Sequence record: MT612988.1
Reading direction: 5' to 3' (one strand)
DNA: 64,000 bases
Each line of letters starts with the position of its first letter. Position 1 is the first letter of the stretch. Positions 47,986 to 54,905 of the stretch are shown here, piece by piece. Under the pieces are notes generated by a model. The model was given only the letters and a program-made list of their open reading frames with translations. It made no database searches and had not been told where the DNA came from. Made by a program: the position numbers and the translations under genes.

Positions 47986-48153
47986 AATTCACTTAGCAAC
48001 GCGAATCGAAAGAGAGTGGATAGACCTGCTAAGAGTCCCGCTAGGTCTTTAAATTATCTAAAGTGGATCTGCGAAGCGCGTGGCACACGTCAGCAATAAG
48101 AGCAAATATGTGTCTGAGCATGAGAGCAGCATGCCATTAATTGATGAGACGTT

Positions 48154-48242
48154 GGAAGCATGGTCTAAAGGTATGACAGCACCCTGCTAAGGTGTCGGAC
48201 GTTAATAGCGTTCTCTGGGTTCGATTCCCAGTGCTTCCGCCA
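48154..48242 (+). tRNA. tRNA-Ser(GCT)
   Basis: Loop CTGCTAA, long variable arm. Confidence 0.92.
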
Positions 48243-48247
48243 AATTC

Positions 48248-48507
48248 GCAATAAGACATTGTACAGCAATCATTACAAAATCAAAGCAAACTTTAATAGT
48301 AATGAGGCGCACTAGCTGCTTTCTCAGTGATGACGTGAGCCTGTCGCATTCTCATGGTAGGAAATGACCATTAAGACGGTGTTCGTACTGTCAAACGAAA
48401 TAGGACTCATGCCGAATCATGAGTATTTTTCCGATGAGAAACATCGTTATAGTCAATTGAGATTTAAGGAAAGACGATAAAACATTTCTCGAATGTCTGT
48501 GTATTGC
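48248..48507 (+). ncRNA. ~260-nt helix-CAGCAA RNA at the end of the tRNA operon
   Basis: GCAATA-AGACATT/AATGTCT-TATTGC closing helices, GTA-CAGCAA, multiple internal hairpins, terminator immediately after. Confidence 0.7.
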
Positions 48508-48514
48508 ACATTAG

Positions 48515-48538
48515 AACCTGCCTTGAGCAGGTTTTTTT
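48515..48538 (+). terminator. intrinsic terminator ending the tRNA operon
   Basis: AACCTGC/GCAGGTT followed by a T tract. Confidence 0.85.
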
Positions 48539-48628
48539 GTTTATGGCGTTTGATAATTGATATAGTCTAAAGAAACAGTTAGATATGATTCTAAATACAG
48601 ATGAACTCAAATCAATTGGAGAAATGTC

Positions 48629-48835
48629 ATGAGTGATAAAACATTCGATAAGTTCATGTTAGAACTAGAAGAACAAAAGCCAGAAGATAAAAAGAAAAAG
48701 AAACGTTCAGTAAAAGATCGTGTCAAGTCTGGTGCAAAGAAAGCTGGTAAAGCTGCGAAAACTGGTGCTAAAGTAGCCGCTGGTGCTGCTGCGGTAGGTC
48801 TTGCAACTCAAGTAACAAAGAAATCTAACGAATAA
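48629..48835 (+). CDS. Lys/Ala-rich candidate internal head protein
   Basis: MSDKTFDKFMLELEE; TCTAAATA at 48590; highly basic body. Confidence 0.65.
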   Translation: MSDKTFDKFMLELEEQKPEDKKKKKRSVKDRVKSGAKKAGKAAKTGAKVAAGAAAVGLATQVTKKSNE

Positions 48836-49062
48836 TGAAGAACATTCATCAAAAGTCTCATGCTCGTGAAGGGCGTGGTTCTGGTAATGGGCACAATGAA
48901 AATTGGCGCAATGCACCTCTTTGGAAGAACATTGGTCCCAATGCTGAAAAGATTAAAAAGGAAGCAGAAGCCGCAGAGAAAGACGAAGAGATTGATAAAC
49001 CCAATCTCGATGAGTTATCGCAGCGTGAGCGTATGCGCCGTTTACAAAGCATAGCGCATTAA
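48835..49062 (+). CDS. hypothetical protein
   Basis: TAATG-coupled to the upstream ORF. Confidence 0.65.
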   Translation: MKNIHQKSHAREGRGSGNGHNENWRNAPLWKNIGPNAEKIKKEAEAAEKDEEIDKPNLDELSQRERMRRLQSIAH

Positions 49063-49086
49063 TCTGAATTGGCGTAACTTCTCAGT

Positions 49087-49131
49087 GGGAGATATGTGGT
49101 CAAGGCAATAGGTTCGATTCCTGTGTCTCCC
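49087..49131 (+). ncRNA. 45-nt minimal tRNA-like element (acceptor, D-like loop, T arm; no anticodon arm)
   Basis: GGGAGAT/GTCTCCC, ATAGG-TTCGATT-CCTGT. Confidence 0.5.
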
Positions 49132-49160
49132 GTATTCTATTAACTAAGAGGTGAGCAATC

Positions 49161-49373
49161 ATGGAAATACTTTCTGAAGAAACACTAAAAAGCATGGAAT
49201 TGTCTGAAGTTTGCAAAGTACGCAAAACGCTTAATAAATTTATTGCACGTCTGCGCAAAGATTTTCGAGACTTTCAATGTAACCGAGTTGATGAGAAATA
49301 TTATAAAGAACATCTTATGTACTCCACGATTGTAGATCGAATGATCGAAAAAAAGTTACGCCATTCACACTAA
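49161..49373 (+). CDS. hypothetical protein
   Basis: GAGGTG RBS. Confidence 0.75.
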   Translation: MEILSEETLKSMELSEVCKVRKTLNKFIARLRKDFRDFQCNRVDEKYYKEHLMYSTIVDRMIEKKLRHSH

Positions 49374-49374
49374 C

Positions 49375-49400
49375 AAAAAAGCCCCAATTAAGGGGCTTTT
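49375..49400. terminator. bidirectional terminator
   Basis: A6-GCCCC/GGGGC-T4 between convergent ORFs. Confidence 0.8.
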
Positions 49401-49404
49401 ATTT

Positions 49405-49776
49405 TTATAGCTTATGTTGAATCATTAGCTCATGTAAACCTTCAACTGCAAAATCATTCAGCCTATCTAGCTCGACATCTAACTTGTCCATTGCCATTCT
49501 TAGTTCATCACTAATACCTTTCTTATAGCGTAGCTTATTGATCAGCCTCTTCGCGTCTAACACGTTCATCTTGATGTGTTCGTAATTATATCGCACTGCT
49601 TCATATCGATATTTGTTTTGCTTGGCTTTCTGTTCGATATGCAACAATTTAGTGTGCATCTTGGCTAGTTTCTTAATGCTGCGCGAGTCAGCCCCTGCTT
49701 TGTATCTAGACCATTGTCTTTCAAACCAACCTTCGTTTAGGTACTCTTCAAAAGATTTTATTTTTTCGTCATTCAT
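49405..49776 (-). CDS. candidate internal head protein (capsid-targeting sequence)
   Basis: MNDEKIKSFEEYLNE|G; GATAAATA late-like promoter at 49810-49817 on the - strand. Confidence 0.75.
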   Translation of the reverse strand: MNDEKIKSFEEYLNEGWFERQWSRYKAGADSRSIKKLAKMHTKLLHIEQKAKQNKYRYEAVRYNYEHIKMNVLDAKRLINKLRYKKGISDELRMAMDKLDVELDRLNDFAVEGLHELMIQHKL

Positions 49777-49841
49777 GTGTTGACTTCCTGTTGTTAAACC
49801 TGTATCATGTATTTATCGGAAATAACTAACGAGAATTTACT

Positions 49842-50189
49842 ATGTTTGTAATGATTGATGATATGCGTGATATCGATAAGTTCACTGCGCCTGAAATTTC
49901 CGCAGATCAGAAGCTTGTTTTGCGTACGTATGAAGACGGTATGAAATTCGTCAAACATACGAATCTTACAGATATTACTTTATTCATGGACAATGATCTA
50001 GGCGGTGCTCTTGGTCATGAGGGATATGATATTCTCTCTCATGCAATTGATCATCGTAACTTCCCACGCACAGTTGTTCTAGTAACGAGTAACCCTGTTG
50101 CTCACTCTAAGATGACTATGATGTTGATGGGTACACTTCAATATAAACGTGTGGGTTCTATCTTTATGAGGCAAGATACATGCACTTAA
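49842..50189 (+). CDS. cyclic-phosphate-processing receiver-domain protein
   Basis: IDDMR...FMDNDLG...GYDIL...TSNPV matches the LDDxR/LDHDLG/GYD/SxNPxG signature. Confidence 0.75.
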   Translation: MFVMIDDMRDIDKFTAPEISADQKLVLRTYEDGMKFVKHTNLTDITLFMDNDLGGALGHEGYDILSHAIDHRNFPRTVVLVTSNPVAHSKMTMMLMGTLQYKRVGSIFMRQDTCT

Positions 50190-50545
50190 ACGTAATTTCT
50201 GCTGCTGCAAATGCAATTAGAGTCACTTTACCAAATGGCGAAGAGAGGGATATTGTTGTTGCAGATAGCTGCCATTTTGGTCGAAACATGCAAGGCGTGT
50301 TTAAGCTATTGAAAGAACTTGGCTGTACATATGAACATCGAAGCGAACTTGGTGATCGTGGGCAGGGATTCATCAATTATTGTGGTGAATACTTCAATCG
50401 CGCTGATGCTTATGAACTCGCGAAAGAAAGCGGTCAACCATTCAATGATGGGTACACGCTACCAGATATTGACGGTGATGGTCGTCTGCGTCTCGATAGT
50501 TCATGCATTCGACATTTTTCAAAACCAATTAAGGAATATCTATGA
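50180..50545 (+). CDS. conserved phage hypothetical protein
   Basis: HF..M...QGFINYCGEYFNRADAYELAKESGQ motif. Confidence 0.75.
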   Translation: MHLNVISAAANAIRVTLPNGEERDIVVADSCHFGRNMQGVFKLLKELGCTYEHRSELGDRGQGFINYCGEYFNRADAYELAKESGQPFNDGYTLPDIDGDGRLRLDSSCIRHFSKPIKEYL

Positions 50546-50877
50546 GCAATCTATATGATATTTTAACTCAACGAGTCAAGCAGAATCGTTCAAAACGCGA
50601 AGAATTGTTCGTCGTTGAAATGCGTAAATCAATTGAGCGTAAGATCGGTGGTGTTTCGGGATTTCAGTTCCCGATTACGATTCAAGTTAATCTTGAACGA
50701 AATGAATGTTGTGATGAAATGATGACTCTCATCAAGAGTGTCATGCGACGTGAGGGATTTCACAATTTCGATGCACAGTTCGGTCATTATTCTGGCGACC
50801 CTCGTGATGTGAGAGACTATTCATATTCTTTTGTGAAATTGACAATTCGAGAAAATAAACAAGCGGGGTTTCAATGA
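50542..50877 (+). CDS. hypothetical protein
   Basis: ATGA overlap with upstream ORF. Confidence 0.7.
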   Translation: MSNLYDILTQRVKQNRSKREELFVVEMRKSIERKIGGVSGFQFPITIQVNLERNECCDEMMTLIKSVMRREGFHNFDAQFGHYSGDPRDVRDYSYSFVKLTIRENKQAGFQ

Positions 50878-51188
50878 TGCTTAGTCATGACGAACTTTCA
50901 AAACAAATTAATCAACGAGAGCAAATAGCTCGTAAAGTTCTTAGCGAACATTATAATGGTGAATGTGAAAAAGAATTCACACATGCAGTTGAAAACGGGG
51001 CTTTTTTCCCGATTAAAATCAAAGTACCAATTCACATTAGTGATTGTGATAAGAAAGGTTCTGGTTTCATTCGTGCATTCTTCGAACAGCATGGCTACCG
51101 AAATTTACGCACTTGCTATGAATCTGGTGGTTATGTATCTGTTGAAATATTCAAAAATGGTACGAATATCAGTCGTCATTATCGATAA
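50874..51188 (+). CDS. hypothetical protein, weakly similar to 50542-50877 (FPI.I.V motif)
   Basis: ATGA overlap; similar length and motif. Confidence 0.7.
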   Translation: MMLSHDELSKQINQREQIARKVLSEHYNGECEKEFTHAVENGAFFPIKIKVPIHISDCDKKGSGFIRAFFEQHGYRNLRTCYESGGYVSVEIFKNGTNISRHYR

Positions 51189-51200
51189 ATTAAAAAAAGT

Positions 51201-51229
51201 GTTTACATGCATTAAAATTCGCGTATAAT
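51201..51229 (+). promoter_or_regulatory. T4-type early promoter of the TROVE/vWA gene
   Basis: A-tract, GTTTAC-17 nt-TATAAT. Confidence 0.85.
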
Positions 51230-51241
51230 CACTTCATCAAA

Positions 51242-51282
51242 GACATTTTACAGCAATTAATTATGAGGAAATGAACAATGTC
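51242..51282 (+). promoter_or_regulatory. leader helix-CAGCAA module enclosing the RBS and start codon
   Basis: GACATT (51242-47) pairs with AATGTC (51277-82), which includes ATG 51278; TTA-CAGCAA at 51248-56; RBS GAGG in the loop. Confidence 0.75.
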
Positions 51283-52714
51283 AGTATTTATGAACGCAAT
51301 GCAAACAAACGATTCACGCACAGCAAACGGTGCAGTTACTCACAGCACTTCAGGTAACGAGTGTCTAAACTTGTTCTTCGGTATTGCTGCTATGCGTGGC
51401 AACGATCAGTCTAAAACACTGTTCGGTCGTGCGTTTGCAGAAAACCCAGAACTAGCGACTCGCATTCTTTTGTGGTCTCGTGATGTTCGAGGTGGTGCGG
51501 GTGAACGTGGTACTTTCCGTACTCTATTCACTAAACTTTGTAATGAACAGCCTGACGTAGCTCGTGCTGTAATGTCGAAAATTCCAGAACTAGGTCGTTA
51601 CGATGACTTGATTTCTGCTTTCGGTACACGTCTTGAAAAAGATGCGATTACAATGTGGTCGAACGCAATTGTCAATGACAAGAATGGTCTTGCTGCGAAG
51701 TGGTTCCCACGTGAAAACAGCAAAAACGGTCATGTGTTCAAGCGCACAATCAAGTCTCTTGGCGTAACTGCGAAGCAGTGGCGTAAGATTCTGTCGCTTC
51801 TGTCTGACACTGTTGAGCAGAAGATGTGTGCGCAAAAATGGGATGCAATCGACTTCGGTAAGTTGCCTTCTGTAGCGTCTGCTCGTTATCAACAAGCATT
51901 CGGTCGTAACGCTTCAACACGTTACACAAACTACATCGAGTCACTTCAAAAAGGTGAAGCGAAGATCAACGCTGGCGCATTGTTCCCATACGATGTCGTT
52001 AAGAGCGTTAGTCACGGTAATGCGTCTGTAGCGAACGAGCAATGGAAAGCTCTGCCAAACTACATGGAAGGTTCTGATGAACGCATCATCCCTGTTGTTG
52101 ACGTGTCTGGCTCTATGAGCACGCCAATTAACGCAGGTACAGACCGTTCAGGTGTGACTTGTAAGCAAGTTGCAATGTCTCTTGGGATTTATGTTGCTGA
52201 ACGCAATGAAGGCATCTTCAAAGATCAGTTCATTTCGTTCTCAAGCGACCCGCACTTCCACCAGTTGCGCGGCTCTTCATTGAAAGAGCGTCTTGATAAC
52301 ATGAATCGTTCAGGCGAAGACATGAGCACGAACATCGGTAAGTGCTTTGATGTTCTGTTAGAACGTGCGAAGCGTGCAAATCTTTCACAAGAAGATATGC
52401 CAACCAAGTTGCTTATCATGAGTGACATGGAATTCGATCAAGCAAACACTGGTGGTGGTTGGTACGGTCGCGGTGAACCTGCGAACTTCGATGCAATCAA
52501 AGCCAAGTACGCACGTGCTGGTTATGAAATGCCACAACTGGTCTTCTGGAACATTCGTGGTCGTCTTGGCAACGTTCCGGTTAAAGCTGGTGAAGCGGGT
52601 ACTGCACTGGTATCTGGTTGTAGCCCATCTATCTTGACTTCACTGTTGGGTGGTGAGCTTGAGCCAATCAAGATCATGATGAAAACTGTAGGCGTCGAAC
52701 GCTACAGCTTTTAA
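51278..52714 (+). CDS. TROVE-like + vWA domain protein (Ro60/Rsr-related, DUF2828-like)
   Basis: N-terminal T.NGA..H.TSGN.CL.LFF, RDVRGGAGER, GRYDDL, AAKWFPRE helical region; vWA MIDAS DVSGSMS; SDMEFD; LVFWN. Confidence 0.88.
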   Translation: MSVFMNAMQTNDSRTANGAVTHSTSGNECLNLFFGIAAMRGNDQSKTLFGRAFAENPELATRILLWSRDVRGGAGERGTFRTLFTKLCNEQPDVARAVMSKIPELGRYDDLISAFGTRLEKDAITMWSNAIVNDKNGLAAKWFPRENSKNGHVFKRTIKSLGVTAKQWRKILSLLSDTVEQKMCAQKWDAIDFGKLPSVASARYQQAFGRNASTRYTNYIESLQKGEAKINAGALFPYDVVKSVSHGNASVANEQWKALPNYMEGSDERIIPVVDVSGSMSTPINAGTDRSGVTCKQVAMSLGIYVAERNEGIFKDQFISFSSDPHFHQLRGSSLKERLDNMNRSGEDMSTNIGKCFDVLLERAKRANLSQEDMPTKLLIMSDMEFDQANTGGGWYGRGEPANFDAIKAKYARAGYEMPQLVFWNIRGRLGNVPVKAGEAGTALVSGCSPSILTSLLGGELEPIKIMMKTVGVERYSF

Positions 52715-52723
52715 ATAAGTGAT

Positions 52724-52750
52724 AAGGGCGGCATTGTGCTGCCCTTTTTT
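52724..52750 (+). terminator. intrinsic terminator
   Basis: AAGGGCGGCA/TGCTGCCCTT followed by a T tract. Confidence 0.8.
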
Positions 52751-52757
52751 GTAAGAG

Positions 52758-53288
52758 GTGAAAATGTTCGATTGGGAAGCGATAGAAACAGCTATCAATA
52801 ACAGTCATCCAAATAGCACAATATACGTTGGGTGTGATAGTAAGCGTAAAAGTGACATGATTAGTTACGCGACTGTGATCATAATTCATCTTGAAGGTAG
52901 TAAAGGTGCTCAAGTGTTTAAAGCAGTTGAGACTGAACCTGCATACTTATCATGTAAAGATGGTATCAGAAGTCGATTGATGAATGAAGTATACAAAGCG
53001 GGTGAAACTGCACTAATGGTTAAGCCAATGTGCGGTACTAGAGGCTTTGAAGTTCACGTTGACATCAACCCTGACCCTACACACAAATCTCACGTTGCCT
53101 ATAACGAAGCTAAAGGCACGATCATGGGATATGTTGGTCAAGAGCCCGTGTTCAAACCTGATGCGTTTGCTGCGTCTTGTGCTGCTGATTATGACGCAGT
53201 TCGAAGAGCAGATAAAATCGCTAAACGAAAAGAACTTAGACGGGCTAAACGAAAAGCAAAGAAACAAAAAACAAAAGGGCGCAAATAG
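52758..53288 (+). CDS. RNase H-fold protein (DUF458-like) with basic C-tail
   Basis: IYVGCDS, RLMNEV, EVHVDIN, ASCAAD acidic residues; GTG start with GAGG RBS. Confidence 0.75.
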   Translation: MKMFDWEAIETAINNSHPNSTIYVGCDSKRKSDMISYATVIIIHLEGSKGAQVFKAVETEPAYLSCKDGIRSRLMNEVYKAGETALMVKPMCGTRGFEVHVDINPDPTHKSHVAYNEAKGTIMGYVGQEPVFKPDAFAASCAADYDAVRRADKIAKRKELRRAKRKAKKQKTKGRK

Positions 53289-53299
53289 CGCCCTTTTTT
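53275..53299 (+). terminator. intrinsic terminator
   Basis: AAGGGCGC/GCGCCCTT followed by a T tract. Confidence 0.8.
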
Positions 53300-53355
53300 A
53301 CGGCTATACTAAATACTGTCATATATTCTAATTTCACATACATGGAATAACGCTA

Positions 53356-54894
53356 ATGGCAGAATTAAGATCAACTACCGCAATCGGCGGTAAACTAGTT
53401 TGGCACGGAGGTAATTTACGATTTGACCCACAAGGTGAAACTGTTCTTTACAACGGCTACAAAATTTATACAGAACATGACAAGCCAGACCCGCATACCG
53501 ATTTAACCGAATCTGTTGTTAAGCGTGCTGGTGATTCAATGTCGGGTGAATTGAAAGTTAATGCACTCGGCGAAGTAATGAGATTTGATGGTGGTTACTC
53601 GGATGGTCAAGGTGACAATCTTGGGGGCGCTGACGCATGGATTTATATAGGTAATAATGCATATGCGTGGAATTTGAAATATCGTGGTACTTCATCTGGC
53701 AATGATGGCAACGAATTCATGATTGAATCTGATCAATCAGGTAGATACTGGTCGTTTGATCATCTCGGTAATATGGAATATTACGATGGTTCAACTCATC
53801 GAACTATGCTGCATACCGGGAATCAGTCTTTACTTGACGGTCGATTTATAAATGCGTCTGGTGATTCAATGACGGGTGTTTTCAATACGTTGACTGCGCC
53901 AGAGACTAACGAAGGGTCTAGACAACTTCGTTTCCCTTCATCTAGACCGTGGAACTTTCAGACTCGCGGTATCGGTGCTGGGGCGGTGTTATATCTTTCA
54001 AGTGAAAGTACCGACAAAGCATTCAAAATCGAAGATAGTAGTCAGATAACTGCATTGACAGTTGGTGTTGGTGCAAATTCATATGTGGACGCTGAACGTG
54101 AATTGAGGGAACGAGGTAATCGAGTATTCAGCCCAAATAACAGAAACATCACTGACTCGGTTAGCACAACAAGCTCGACTGTATATGCATCTGCGACTGC
54201 CGCTAAGACAGCAAATGATAACGCGAATACTCGTGTTCTTAAATCAGGTGATACGATGTCTGGGCATTTATTGTTTGATGTGGGATTTGGTATTCGTCGA
54301 ACAAGCGAGTACTTCTTAGATTTCAATAGTACTGATATTCACATGTCATCTATTGGTGACATTACAATTGAAGCTGACTCAAACGACAATGAAACGACTC
54401 GTCATTTGAACTTGATTGCAGGGTTAAACTCGTTGACTATTGATGGTGGTTCTCAGAACAGTGCAAGCGCATTGAAATTCAACGATAACGTTGTACTACA
54501 CACTGGAAACTTCACGACGAATCTAGACGGTCGTTACGTAAACGCCGCAGGTGATTCGATGACGGGTAACTTGACGATGAATGGTAATCTCATCTACGGT
54601 TCATCTACAAGTCGCTATCTGAAGTTAAGTAGTGACACTGAACTTGTTACTCCTGCAAGCGTGTTTGTTTCAGCGGATACCGACTCTAGTAGCACTGTAG
54701 AAGCGGTTAATTTAGAAGCGGGTGTTAACATATTAAAAATCAAGTCAAACGCTGCTGCGACGCATACAGACAATATAACGTATAACGGTAGCGTAGTTCA
54801 GCACGATGGTCGAAGTGAAATGAAATTCGACGACGGTGCAGCGTCGATTGTGTATAACTCAACGAGTGAATCAATCGACTTTATTTTCTCATAA
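53356..54894 (+). CDS. tail fibre-related protein
   Basis: Repeated RYVN..GD.MTG.L fibre motifs; N-terminus shared with the 60196 ORF. Confidence 0.8.
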   Translation: MAELRSTTAIGGKLVWHGGNLRFDPQGETVLYNGYKIYTEHDKPDPHTDLTESVVKRAGDSMSGELKVNALGEVMRFDGGYSDGQGDNLGGADAWIYIGNNAYAWNLKYRGTSSGNDGNEFMIESDQSGRYWSFDHLGNMEYYDGSTHRTMLHTGNQSLLDGRFINASGDSMTGVFNTLTAPETNEGSRQLRFPSSRPWNFQTRGIGAGAVLYLSSESTDKAFKIEDSSQITALTVGVGANSYVDAERELRERGNRVFSPNNRNITDSVSTTSSTVYASATAAKTANDNANTRVLKSGDTMSGHLLFDVGFGIRRTSEYFLDFNSTDIHMSSIGDITIEADSNDNETTRHLNLIAGLNSLTIDGGSQNSASALKFNDNVVLHTGNFTTNLDGRYVNAAGDSMTGNLTMNGNLIYGSSTSRYLKLSSDTELVTPASVFVSADTDSSSTVEAVNLEAGVNILKIKSNAAATHTDNITYNGSVVQHDGRSEMKFDDGAASIVYNSTSESIDFIFS

Positions 54895-54905
54895 GGTGAA
54901 TTTAT

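Noticed and set aside
39532-51282. Canonical Y-RNA Ro-binding helix (GGUCCGA with bulged C)
   Set aside because: Not seen in any module copy, so the link to Ro60 rests on topology and the leader copy rather than on the known motif.
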